Shown here one piece after another: positions 8,933 through 18,734 of a stretch of 64,000 bases of DNA; position 1 is the first letter of the stretch; every line of letters begins with the position of its first letter. The position numbers and the translations under genes are program-made. The stretch spans positions 64,001 through 128,000 of the forward strand of contig CAXXMR010000019.1 of assembly GCA_963663805.2 (NCBI GenBank). The letters run 5' to 3'. This DNA comes from Sedimentisphaerales bacterium. GTDB taxonomy: Bacteria > Planctomycetota > Phycisphaerae > Sedimentisphaerales > SM23-30. The notes under the pieces were generated by a model, which saw only the letters and a list, made by a program, of their open reading frames with translations, did no database searches and was not told the DNA's origin.

Positions 8933-9919
8933 TCAGGCTTTGCGACGACGAATCAGCAGCCCGCCGAGGCCGAGCATGACCATGGTCATGGGTTCGGGGA
9001 CGGTGACCTGGGTTACACCAGCAATATCACAATATACCGCATCGATGTACTGGTCGCCGGCGGAATGGGTTATGAAACCATCGGCAATAGCCTGGTTGAT
9101 GTCGCTGACAACGTCACCAGCAAGATTCCATACGCCACCTTCCATATTGACAACTGCGCCTTCTGCAAAGTCGAATATCGGAAGGTTAGGACGATCGAGG
9201 TTTTCTGGGTCTGTGTTATAACCGTGAGCAGTTCCCCAGGCTTCCAGAGTTGAGCCGGTCAGATTCAGTTCGCCGCCGGTTATGTTGACGGTGCCGCCTG
9301 CGGCGAGGGTCAACGCCTCAGCGTTAATAACACCGGTGCCGCCAACGTTTATCACGCCGGTGCCATCACCAACTCTGAGTGAACCACCGCTTGTAGGAGG
9401 TGTGGGGTCGGAGCAGGCAAGGTTAAGAGCGCCACCAGTGACGGTGAGTGTACCATTGGCACCAGCTTTGGTCGCAACGGTAATGCGGTCGCCATTGAAG
9501 GTTCCGCCGGTCATGGCCATTGCAGCAGTGCCGTACTCGGCAACCGTCGAATATGAAGCGGGGAACGAAAGATTTCCGCCAGACATGTTGAGGAAACCCA
9601 CTGATGCGGCATTACCGGCCAACTGCAGGGAATTACTAAATACATTAGTTCCGCCGGTAACCTCCAATTCGCCAGTAGTACCGGCCACTCTACCAATGTA
9701 AAGTCCACCGGCAGCCGGTAAGATCATGTCAGCACTGATAATTGCTCTGTCAGCACCGGACATATCAAGAGTGTACCTGTCGACCGGAACGCCGCCCCAG
9801 TTTTCGGTCCAGTTGCCGAAATCATTATCATCGGCAGCATTCGTCCAAGCGTTGTAAGTCGCCGCTGAGGCGAAACTAGCCAGACCAAGGACTACTAGAA
9901 GGGTAAGGGTTTTCTTCAT
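8933..9919 (-). CDS. PEP-CTERM sorting-domain surface protein, Gly-rich repeats
   Basis: Signal peptide; C-terminal VPEP + hydrophobic helix + RRRKA; repeated G.L.(V/M).GG units. Confidence 0.93.
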   Translation of the reverse strand: MKKTLTLLVVLGLASFASAATYNAWTNAADDNDFGNWTENWGGVPVDRYTLDMSGADRAIISADMILPAAGGLYIGRVAGTTGELEVTGGTNVFSNSLQLAGNAASVGFLNMSGGNLSFPASYSTVAEYGTAAMAMTGGTFNGDRITVATKAGANGTLTVTGGALNLACSDPTPPTSGGSLRVGDGTGVINVGGTGVINAEALTLAAGGTVNITGGELNLTGSTLEAWGTAHGYNTDPENLDRPNLPIFDFAEGAVVNMEGGVWNLAGDVVSDINQAIADGFITHSAGDQYIDAVYCDIAGVTQVTVPEPMTMVMLGLGGLLIRRRKA

Positions 9920-10167
9920 TTTACATTTCCTCCATTCTTGAGATAAAAAAACAAAAAACGTTACATTTTCCTATGTGCCGGAGACGACCGACGCAAAAAC
10001 TTCATAACAGTTAAGAGGATGTCATCTCTCGACATGTTTATAATAACGTTTTAAGGCTTTGAGTTCAATAGTATTATGTATTAATAATTTTATTAATCTA
10101 TAACATGTTTTTATAACAGGGCTTATGATTTTATTTGGCGTGTTTTTAATGCGGTGGACTGGCTGTG

Positions 10168-10179
10168 GCAAACGTTTGC
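10168..10179. promoter_or_regulatory. LacI/PurR-family-like operator palindrome GCAAACGTTTGC
   Basis: Perfect 12-bp palindrome with CG centre; degenerate copy GTAAATGTTTGC at 10206-10217; upstream of the PEP-CTERM gene. Confidence 0.5.
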
Positions 10180-10235
10180 GAATCTGGGTTTGGGGTCCTA
10201 TAAATGTAAATGTTTGCGATAGAGTAGGGGTATTT

Positions 10236-12089
10236 TTAGGGGGTGGGGGTGGTTCTTTGCCTTTTGCCGAGTAGTATCACGTCTCGGAGGGCCTGTTCGG
10301 AGGGGGCGTTTAGCCATTGGTTCTCGAAATTTTCATTATGGACGATTTGGGCGATGGCGGCGAGGGTATGCAGGTGGAAGGTTCTCTGGTCTTTACTGCC
10401 GGCCAGTACGAATACGGCGTGGATGTCGGGTGCGGTATCGGAAAAATGTATACCGTGCGAGGATCTCACCAGGGCGATTTCGAACTGATTTTCGCCGCGG
10501 ATAATGATATGGGGGATAGCGAGGAAGTGGTTCAGTACGGTGGTGGCCTGGTTTTCTCTTTCGATGAATCTCTGGGCGAGTTCCTGGCTGGGCATATTGA
10601 AGGCGGGCGAAAGTTTTTTGCCGAGCATCTCGAAGCATTCCTGGCTGGTCATAGCCGCGGGCAGGTCCATTACGGGACACCGGGCAATAATTTCGTCGAA
10701 GCGGTCGAGGATGATATTGTCGCGGTCGCGGACGACGTTTTTGAGTTCGGTTTCGAACAGGCCGGTGACCAGTTCGCGGTCTGTTATCCGCTCGATAAGG
10801 TGCAGCAGTGCGTATTCTTTGCGGAGTCTTTTTCGGCCGTAGATGAAGTAGCAGGTCGCGCCTATGAGGCAGAGGCAGGCGCAGATGATGAATGCTTCGA
10901 GGCCGAGTTCAAAAATCAGCAGGAGATAGCCGAGTAATCCGATGATTTGGAGGAAGGGGTAAAATGGTGTTTTGAATGTGGGGCGGTAGTTCTGGACTCG
11001 GCTTTCGCGCAGGACGATTACGCAGAGGCAGGAAAGGATGAAGCTTAGTATAAGTACGAGCGAGGCGGCTTCGACTAGGATATTTAGTTTGAGGAATCCG
11101 GCGATTATAACGAAGATACCGGTGGCGATGACGGCGGGGGCGGGTGTTTTGGTTTTGGGGTTAATGCGGCTCAGGAATTTGGGCAGTAGTTCGTCGCGGC
11201 TTAGCGCGAAAAGGTATCTGGATGATGCCATAATGCCAGCATTGGCGGTGGAGATGAAGGCGAAGATTGCCGCGAGTGACATGATTTTAACGGCCCAGGG
11301 CGGCAGGAACGACCTGGCACCTTCGGTGATGGGGGTAAGAGAATTGTCCAGTATGTCGCTGGGCAAGACTCCGGTGGTGACGAAGACCATCAGGCCATAG
11401 ATTGTGATGACGCTGGCAAGTGAAAGTATCATGCCGCGGGGCAGGTTTCGGGAAGGGTTTTCGATTTCTTCGGCGACGCTGGAGATTTTGAGTAGTCCGC
11501 CATAGGCCACGAAGACGAGTCCGGCGGCGGCGAGGGTTTTGTTCAATCCGAATGGTATAAAGGGGGACAGGTTTTTGATTTCGACATGAGAAATGCCAAA
11601 GATAACATAGGCGGTCATCAGGGTCAGCAGGGCGGTGACAAGCCAGGTCTGGAATTTTCCGGCGTGGCGGGTGCCCCAGAGATTGAGCAGGGTAAAGACT
11701 ATGCCCAGGGTGGTGGCGGTAATGCGGATGTCTATGTTTACGAGCAGTAAAACGAAGGCACCCATGCCGACCAGGGCAAAGGCGCTTTTGAGTGAGAGGG
11801 CAAACCAGTTGAGCAGTCCGGCGATAGAACCCAGTACGGGTCCCAGTGAACGGGTAATGAAGTAATAATCTCCGCCAGCTTTGGGCATGGCAGTGGCGAG
11901 TTCGCAGGCGTTTAACATGCCGATAGCGGCCAGTAGTCCGGCCAGGATATAGGAAAGTATTACACTGGGTCCGGCCTGGGCATGGGCGATGCCGGGCAGG
12001 ATGAATATACCGGAACTGACCATTGCTCCGGTGGCGAGGCAGTATACTTCAAATAGCCCAAGATTTTTGGTGAGTTTCTGCTGGGACAT
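10236..12089 (-). CDS. APC-family amino acid permease fused to a C-terminal PTS EIIA-type domain
   Basis: GAMVSSGIFILPG, PKAGGDY, AEEIENP, many TM helices; C-terminal EREN..TT...AIPH and HLHTLAAIA EIIA-like motifs. Confidence 0.88.
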   Translation of the reverse strand: MSQQKLTKNLGLFEVYCLATGAMVSSGIFILPGIAHAQAGPSVILSYILAGLLAAIGMLNACELATAMPKAGGDYYFITRSLGPVLGSIAGLLNWFALSLKSAFALVGMGAFVLLLVNIDIRITATTLGIVFTLLNLWGTRHAGKFQTWLVTALLTLMTAYVIFGISHVEIKNLSPFIPFGLNKTLAAAGLVFVAYGGLLKISSVAEEIENPSRNLPRGMILSLASVITIYGLMVFVTTGVLPSDILDNSLTPITEGARSFLPPWAVKIMSLAAIFAFISTANAGIMASSRYLFALSRDELLPKFLSRINPKTKTPAPAVIATGIFVIIAGFLKLNILVEAASLVLILSFILSCLCVIVLRESRVQNYRPTFKTPFYPFLQIIGLLGYLLLIFELGLEAFIICACLCLIGATCYFIYGRKRLRKEYALLHLIERITDRELVTGLFETELKNVVRDRDNIILDRFDEIIARCPVMDLPAAMTSQECFEMLGKKLSPAFNMPSQELAQRFIERENQATTVLNHFLAIPHIIIRGENQFEIALVRSSHGIHFSDTAPDIHAVFVLAGSKDQRTFHLHTLAAIAQIVHNENFENQWLNAPSEQALRDVILLGKRQRTTPTP

Positions 12090-12344
12090 GTTCGGTCTCC
12101 AATAACATTAAAGAATGTGTGTTTAATGATAGGAGGTAATTATCGGCGAGGCAAGAGGCAAGAGGTAAGAGCAATGGTTTTTTCTTATATTTCAAGGGTT
12201 TAGAGCGGATTTAGGTGATTTTGATTGACAAATTGGGCATACGATAAAGAATAATGGGGTTTGTGGGTATCGGCGTGGGAGATTCGTCCGGTCGAAGGTT
12301 AGGCTGATTGGACAGAGGCTTAGATGGCCGCTGAGATAATATAG

Positions 12345-13985
12345 ATGGTTTTTACATTACAACGTTATATATTCCGGGACCTGGTCAAGACGTTTCTGCT
12401 GGCGACGCTGATATTGAGCGTGGTTTTGGGGCTGGGGATAATGCTGCGGCCTTTACGTCAGTTCGGGGTTGACCCGGCGAAGGTTCCGTCGCTGATATTG
12501 TGTATTCTGCCGGTGACGCTGACGATGGTAATTCCAATCGCGGCTTTGCTGTCGGCGACGTTGAATTATGGTCGGCTGGCAGTTGATAATGAGATAAACG
12601 CCTGTCGCAGCAGCGGCATATCTTTGGGGACACTGATATATCCGGCCTTGACGCTGGCGCTGTTGGTGGGGCTGGTGACTTTGTTGATGGCGTTTCATGT
12701 TATCCCGGCGTATACGGAGCGTTTCGAGTCGATAATCAAGCGTGACGCAGAATCGATAATATATCGCAATATTGAAAGTAAAGGGAATCTGGGTTCACTG
12801 TTTCCGGGTTTTCGGATTCACGCCGACCGGGCTTATCCTGACAAGCATTTGTTGACGGGTGTGGTGCTGGTTACTCTGGACCGTGATGGTATAGAGCAGA
12901 TAATGACGGCTCGTCAGGTTCAGGTTTTGTTTGAGCCGGGTGAGGAAAGTAATCAATTATTTTTGCGGCTGTTTGACCATAATATTATCGCGCGGGAATT
13001 CGCGGAGAAGCAGGAGTATCTGGAGCTGTCTTTGCAGGCTCCGAGCATGTGGCGTGATGATATAAAGTTTAAGAATCTGGATGAACTCAAGGCGATTCAG
13101 GAGGATGCGGCCCGGTTTGCTCCGGTGGCCGAGCGGGTCAAGGAGATACGTGAGCAGATTCTGGTGGAGCGATTTTTTGAGTATTGCCGGGGTGAGCTGA
13201 AGGGACGGGGGCATTATCTGGAACTTCAGTCGGGCCGGCATCCGCTGCGGATTTACGCCAGCGACTGCTCAATGGTTTATCCTGAAGATAAGCGGGCGAA
13301 GAAGCAGGCAGGCAAGAATCGTTCAGCGGAAATAGTCCGGGGTGATATGCCTGTCGAGGTTGCGCTGTATCATGATGGTCTGGACGCTGGGCCGGAGCGG
13401 CGGTTCTGGGCCGAGGCTGGAGAATTAACGGTGATGCCGGAGACGGGGCGGGAGACCGTAATGTTGACGATGACTAAGGTGAAGTGGTCGTATGTGGGGG
13501 ATGGTCATGAGTATCGGCTGGAGCGGCACAGTTTTGGTAATATCGCGGTACCAGCAAAAATCGTCGCGTCGGTAAAGCAGATAAATCTGGATGATTTGCT
13601 TCGGGATGATTATCCGTTGTTTCGGAATGCCGAGGCTTCGTTGTATCTCGTTAATCTAATCAAAGAATTACGTGAAGAATGCCAGGAAGTCGGTTGTGAA
13701 ATTGAGATGGAGATTTATTCGCGGCTGGCTTTTGGGGTGAGCTGTGTGGTGCTGGTTCTTTTGGGGGCGGCGCTGGGGATAATGTTCAAGAGCGGGCATC
13801 TGCTGACGGCTTTTGGGGTCAGTTTTATTCCCGCGGCCTTGTGTTTGATAACCATTTTTACGGGTAAGCATATCGCTGAGCAGAGCGGCGGGAATCTGCC
13901 GGCGGGGATTATGTTTTTGTGGTCGGGGATAATCGCGGTGGCAATTGCGGACCTGGTGATATATAACAGACTGTTGAAGCAATGA
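12345..13985 (+). CDS. lptF: LptF/LptG-family LPS export permease (LptF position)
   Basis: LQRYI.R, YGRLAVDNEINACRSSGIS motif; tandem with a paralog. Confidence 0.82.
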   Translation: MVFTLQRYIFRDLVKTFLLATLILSVVLGLGIMLRPLRQFGVDPAKVPSLILCILPVTLTMVIPIAALLSATLNYGRLAVDNEINACRSSGISLGTLIYPALTLALLVGLVTLLMAFHVIPAYTERFESIIKRDAESIIYRNIESKGNLGSLFPGFRIHADRAYPDKHLLTGVVLVTLDRDGIEQIMTARQVQVLFEPGEESNQLFLRLFDHNIIAREFAEKQEYLELSLQAPSMWRDDIKFKNLDELKAIQEDAARFAPVAERVKEIREQILVERFFEYCRGELKGRGHYLELQSGRHPLRIYASDCSMVYPEDKRAKKQAGKNRSAEIVRGDMPVEVALYHDGLDAGPERRFWAEAGELTVMPETGRETVMLTMTKVKWSYVGDGHEYRLERHSFGNIAVPAKIVASVKQINLDDLLRDDYPLFRNAEASLYLVNLIKELREECQEVGCEIEMEIYSRLAFGVSCVVLVLLGAALGIMFKSGHLLTAFGVSFIPAALCLITIFTGKHIAEQSGGNLPAGIMFLWSGIIAVAIADLVIYNRLLKQ

Positions 13986-15160
13986 GTAAAACAGCCATAG
14001 ATACTATTAAACGCAAAAGCAATCTCTATCCGGGTATTCTGGATAGATATGTTTCGCGTGAGTTTTTGTTTAGCTATCTGATAGCGATTGTGGTGGTACT
14101 TTCGCTGCGGGTGCTGCTGGATTTGTTTGCTCAGTTTGATGAGTTTGTGGAAAGCGAGCATGAGCAGGCCGTGGGTCTGGTGGTGGTTTTGGGGCGGATT
14201 GTGGGCTATTATGGACCGAAGCTGCTGGAGTATTTTCGTGATTTTTCGGGAATGATAATTTTGCTGGCAGCGGCGTTTGCGCTGACTCGGATGACACGTC
14301 ACAATGAACTGACGGCGGTATTGGCATCGGGGATAAGTTTGAAGCGGGTTATCGCGCCGATCATTGTGCTGGCGGTGGGGTTGAATCTGGTGATGGTGGC
14401 GGACCAGGAATTATTTTTGCCGCGGCTGGCGGACAAGCTGGTGCGCAATCATGACGAAGTTGATGTTCAGGGGCGGACTAAGGTTTGGTTTTTGCCGGAT
14501 GGCCAACTGGAGTTTCCGCCGGGACTCAAGGGTTTGACGCCGGCTCATGCCCTGTTGAGTGCGCGGGAATATGACCCGGCGACGCGGACGATGTATGATA
14601 TGCTGGTAATTCTGCGACGCGATGAGAAACTGGTGGGCCGGGTTATGGCTGAGCAGGCGACGTGGGATGAAAATATGGGACATTGGAATTTAACCCAGGG
14701 ACGCTATTTTGTGGACGATGACCCAGGGCTTGGTTCGGGGGTGAATTTGGCGGGTGAGGTCGATACGTATGTTTCGGAATTGACGCCGGAGTATCTGTGG
14801 ATGCAGCGTAATTCTAATTTTAAGAGTTTGATGAGCTGGGATGAGCTTACGGGTCTGCTGCGGCGGGGGTTGAAATCGACCGAGGCGGCGGATGTTATCA
14901 GCGAACGGCATTTCCGTTTCGCGGACCCGATTATCAATATGGTTATGCTGCTGCTGGGGCTGCCCATGCTGGTTTCACGAGAACGGCGGGAGATGAAGTC
15001 GGCAATTTTTATGACGGTGATGCTGGTAGGCGGGTGTTTTGTCGCGACGTTTGCGTGTAAGCTGCTGGCAGGTACAATCAATCCGTTTATCGCGGCGTTT
15101 CTGCCGGTAATAGTTTTCTTTCCCGTTTCGGTAGTGGTATTAGATAGTTTGAAAACATAG
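13982..15160 (+). CDS. lptG: LptF/LptG-family LPS export permease (LptG position)
   Basis: LDRYVSRE, RHNELTAVLASGISLKR; 4-nt overlap with lptF. Confidence 0.82.
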   Translation: MSKTAIDTIKRKSNLYPGILDRYVSREFLFSYLIAIVVVLSLRVLLDLFAQFDEFVESEHEQAVGLVVVLGRIVGYYGPKLLEYFRDFSGMIILLAAAFALTRMTRHNELTAVLASGISLKRVIAPIIVLAVGLNLVMVADQELFLPRLADKLVRNHDEVDVQGRTKVWFLPDGQLEFPPGLKGLTPAHALLSAREYDPATRTMYDMLVILRRDEKLVGRVMAEQATWDENMGHWNLTQGRYFVDDDPGLGSGVNLAGEVDTYVSELTPEYLWMQRNSNFKSLMSWDELTGLLRRGLKSTEAADVISERHFRFADPIINMVMLLLGLPMLVSRERREMKSAIFMTVMLVGGCFVATFACKLLAGTINPFIAAFLPVIVFFPVSVVVLDSLKT

Positions 15161-15190
15161 CAGCTCAGAATATTTTTAGGAGTTTTTTTG

Positions 15191-15385
15191 ATGGAATGCA
15201 ATAAGCAGAAGAATATGGAATTTTGCACTTGTACTTACAGTTGTTGTTCACGCCAGGGGATTTGCTGTGAGTGTTTGCAGTATCATCTCAAAAGCAGACA
15301 GCTGCCGGGTTGTTGTTTTCCGGCAGAAGCAGAAAAGACTTACGACCGCAGTTTTGAAGCGTTTGCCAGGGCCTGGAAGCTGTAG
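15191..15385 (+). CDS. Small Cys-rich conserved protein (DUF6485-like)
   Basis: CTCTY..CSRQGICCECLQYH...QLPGCCF...EKTYDRS; SD-like AGGAG upstream. Confidence 0.75.
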   Translation: MECNKQKNMEFCTCTYSCCSRQGICCECLQYHLKSRQLPGCCFPAEAEKTYDRSFEAFARAWKL

Positions 15386-15651
15386 TGTTTTAACTCGATG
15401 GGGGGCTGATATATCGGTCTTTAGCTGTAATGGGTGAGGGAGTGCCCCGGTTTTAGGTGGGATAGACCATCGGTTTTAGTATCAAAAAAGGGGATATAGA
15501 TAAAAACTTTCTTTCACGTTAAAGCCCCGTCAAAAATGACTGGGCTTTGGTTAGTAACCAGTCGATAGGGTGGTTGAGGGCCGAATTTTATATTTGGGCA
15601 GGTATAGCCCGATTGGTCCGAATAATAACTGGTTGCGTGAAAGGATTTGAA

Positions 15652-16584
15652 ATGGCCTCGAATATTCTTCTGGAAGCTGGCACTAACGAGATGGAACTTC
15701 TGATTTTTCGTCTGGGCAAGATTCCTTTTGGGATTAATGTTGCCAAGGTGCGCGAGATTATTCAGCGTCCGAAAACTATCGGTATTCCCAAAGCTCCCAA
15801 TGCGGTTGAGGGTAGTTTCCGGCTGCGCGATGAGGTTCTGACTTTGGTTAATCTGGGACGCTATTTCAATATGGAAGGCGAACATACCCAGAGTGGCGAG
15901 GGTATGATAATTATTGTCGAGTTCAATCAGCTGCGCTGCGGAGTACTGGTTGATACTGTAGAAGTGATTTGTCGGCTGCGGTGGGATCAAATCGCTCCTC
16001 CTTCAGATTATCTTATTGATTTACGTACTCCGGTGACGGGCACGGCGGATGTCGATAATGAAACGGTTCTGATAGCCGATTTTGAAACGATAGTAAGTGA
16101 GATTCTGGGGCTGGAAAGCGCTCCCGATGTTGACGGTACTTGTGTCGCTACGCGCGACCGTTCAGATATTCGTATTTTGCTGGCTGATGACTCGGTGATT
16201 ATTCGTCAGTCGCTGGAACTGATACTCAAGAAAAACGGTTTTGAAAACCTGACGATATGTCATGACGGTCAGCAGGCCTGGGAAGCTATTGAGCAGGCCC
16301 GGACGAACAAGGATGAAGAACCTTTTGACCTGATTCTAAGCGATATTGAAATGCCGCGTATGGATGGCCTGCACCTGACAATGAAGGTTAAGGATGAGCC
16401 GGAGCTGAAAGATATTCCGGTGATTCTGTTCTCGTCGCTGATTACTGAAGATAACCGCCGCAAGGGCGAATCGGTCGGGGCTGATGCTCAGGTCAGCAAG
16501 CCCAACAGCCAGGGGATGATTGAGGCTGTTGAGGAGCTTCTGGAAAAGGCGGGCAAGTTGAAACCTGAAGCCGTATCGGCCTGA
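15652..16584 (+). CDS. cheV: Chemotaxis protein CheV (CheW + receiver)
   Basis: ILLEAGTNEMELLIF, FGINVAKVREI; receiver LADDS, SDIEMPRMDG, FSSL. Confidence 0.93.
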   Translation: MASNILLEAGTNEMELLIFRLGKIPFGINVAKVREIIQRPKTIGIPKAPNAVEGSFRLRDEVLTLVNLGRYFNMEGEHTQSGEGMIIIVEFNQLRCGVLVDTVEVICRLRWDQIAPPSDYLIDLRTPVTGTADVDNETVLIADFETIVSEILGLESAPDVDGTCVATRDRSDIRILLADDSVIIRQSLELILKKNGFENLTICHDGQQAWEAIEQARTNKDEEPFDLILSDIEMPRMDGLHLTMKVKDEPELKDIPVILFSSLITEDNRRKGESVGADAQVSKPNSQGMIEAVEELLEKAGKLKPEAVSA

Positions 16585-16737
16585 TGTTTTCCGGGCAAGA
16601 GAAGGCACGGCGGAGGGGAGAAAATCTCTTTCGGGGGGATGTGGGGGGACGCAAAGGTTTATTTATTGTAAAGAACTAAGGTTTCTGTTATAAGTTGCGT
16701 TCTGATACAGCTAATTGACAGAGGTTTTGGAGTTTTT

Positions 16738-18174
16738 ATGTCGTACAATCAAGGCTGGCTGCCCCGGTTGTGCGGTGTGTTGAGCGGGTTGCTTATGATG
16801 TTGCCGCACCTTTATGGATGGATGGCTCCATTGCAACTTATTGCTTTACTGCCGATATTGTGGGTACTATCTGAGAGCAACGTTAAAAAAGGCACGCTGG
16901 TTACGGCGGCGGTTTATATGGCATTGGCTTATACCATTCCCCAAATGCTGATTCTTCAGATGCCGCCGGAAGTTACTGCTATACTACTGTTGTGGTTTAC
17001 GGTATTACTTTTGCTATTTGTGTTTGGGGGGCGATATGTTATACGTGAATCAAGTATTTTGTCTTCGGTTGCTATTGCGGCGTGGTTTGTAGTAATTGAC
17101 TGGATTAACTTTACTACGGTTCCGATATGGGGTACGGCTCAGTCGTTTATTCGTCCGTGGTCCAGCTATCCGTTGTTAATAACATTTATTTCTATTACCG
17201 GGGTGACCGGAATTTCTTTTTCGATAGTATTTTTACAGAATCTATTTGTCTGCGGTATACAAAACAAGAAGTTGAGTAAGGCCGGCTTAGTGTCGGGTTT
17301 GTTTGTTCTGTTGATAATCGTTCTTAATGTTGCCTTAGAGCCCAAATCGCCGGGACCAACAGTAAAATTAGCAGCATTAGGTTGGTCGGGTGCTGTGGCA
17401 GATAAATATGATGGAGTAGACAGTGAAGAAGGTTTTGATACGCTGATCGCAGAGCCATTGACAGAGCTTTCTGGTATGGGGGTACAACTGGTTGTGGCAC
17501 CGGAGATGACGTTGTATTTTGGGGATTCAGCTCGCTATAAGTGGATAGCCCGTTTGGGAGAGTTAGCGAAAAATAACCATCTTATGCTGGTTATTGGTTA
17601 TATAAATTATACCAGTAACCTTAATCGTCTATTATGTATTGACGATCATGGACAACTGGTTGGTGAATATACAAAAGTGCATTTGACGCCATTTGAAAAA
17701 ACCGGAACCGGTAACGGTGAGTTAATGTTGACTGAATTAGATGGGGTACAGGTTGGGGCAATGATATGTCAGGATGATAATTTTACCGATTTGTCACGTG
17801 CTTATGGGCAAGAGGGCGTAGATGTTATGGCAGTGCCTACTATGGATTGGCCGGCAGTTAGTCAGGCACATTTGCAGAACAGTATTTTTAGGTCAATAGA
17901 GTCTCACTATACTGTGGTTCGCGCAGCGATTAATGGGGTTTCCGCGATTATATCACCTCGTGGTATAGTACTGGCCAGATACGATCATAATGCTGATGGG
18001 GCAGGTTTTGCTGTGGCGGACGTACAGGGTTATGCCGGGACCACATTTTTCAGTCGTTCCGGTCACTTTTGGGTTGGTGTATGTGGAGCATATTTTTTAT
18101 TGTTTGCGATTCGATCGAAAATAAAACGTAAAAAACACATGGCAAATTTTTGCTGGATTCAGGCAGGGCAATAA
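16738..18174 (+). CDS. lnt: Apolipoprotein N-acyltransferase-like (membrane + nitrilase domain)
   Basis: TM N-terminus, SITGVTG; triad motifs APE, YTKVHL.PF, ICQD; VRAAINGVSAII. Confidence 0.75.
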   Translation: MSYNQGWLPRLCGVLSGLLMMLPHLYGWMAPLQLIALLPILWVLSESNVKKGTLVTAAVYMALAYTIPQMLILQMPPEVTAILLLWFTVLLLLFVFGGRYVIRESSILSSVAIAAWFVVIDWINFTTVPIWGTAQSFIRPWSSYPLLITFISITGVTGISFSIVFLQNLFVCGIQNKKLSKAGLVSGLFVLLIIVLNVALEPKSPGPTVKLAALGWSGAVADKYDGVDSEEGFDTLIAEPLTELSGMGVQLVVAPEMTLYFGDSARYKWIARLGELAKNNHLMLVIGYINYTSNLNRLLCIDDHGQLVGEYTKVHLTPFEKTGTGNGELMLTELDGVQVGAMICQDDNFTDLSRAYGQEGVDVMAVPTMDWPAVSQAHLQNSIFRSIESHYTVVRAAINGVSAIISPRGIVLARYDHNADGAGFAVADVQGYAGTTFFSRSGHFWVGVCGAYFLLFAIRSKIKRKKHMANFCWIQAGQ

Positions 18175-18186
18175 GGTCTTATAATA

Positions 18187-18528
18187 CTATGCTTTTTTAT
18201 TGGTATGTATCTGGGCGTCGATGGTTTCTTTTACTTTTCTCATCATATCGACGAAATCCACTTGTCGTCTGGTCATCTCTCCGATGACGGCGTTGGTGCT
18301 GATGTTTTGTTCCAGCTCGATGAGTTTGTGTTTTTCTTCCACCTCAATGGGTTTCTGGGCGGTTTCGAGTTTTCTGATATGCTCGGCCTGCTGCTGGTAG
18401 TCCTGGAGCAGTTTGCGGGCGGCTTCGTCCTGGTTGAGGGCCTCTTGGGCCTGGTTTAGTTTGGCGGTACGTTCGTCCGCGGCGATGGTTTGGCCGAGCT
18501 GTCTGGCAAGTTCCAATAAGTTGTTCAT
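18187..18528 (-). CDS. YlbF/YmcA-family regulator
   Basis: LLELARQLGQTI..D, helical coiled coil, 113 aa. Confidence 0.72.
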   Translation of the reverse strand: MNNLLELARQLGQTIAADERTAKLNQAQEALNQDEAARKLLQDYQQQAEHIRKLETAQKPIEVEEKHKLIELEQNISTNAVIGEMTRRQVDFVDMMRKVKETIDAQIHTNKKA

Positions 18529-18652
18529 CTTTGTGTCCCTGGCAAGTTTATTATTCTATCTTTGAGGGGTTTTATACTGATTTGCCGACCAAAATGAAAG
18601 CGAAATTTTAATCTGGGTCGATGTTTGGTAGGCCCAGCTTTGCGAAGTTGAC

Positions 18653-18681
18653 TTGACAGACGACGAAATATTAAGTAAACT
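18653..18681 (+). promoter_or_regulatory. sigma70-type promoter of the FHA gene
   Basis: TTGACA-N17-TAAACT. Confidence 0.7.
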
Positions 18682-18734
18682 CCTAGCATATCGCTATTTC
18701 CTTTCGGGCAAACATTTCGTTGAAAGGTCCGCAA

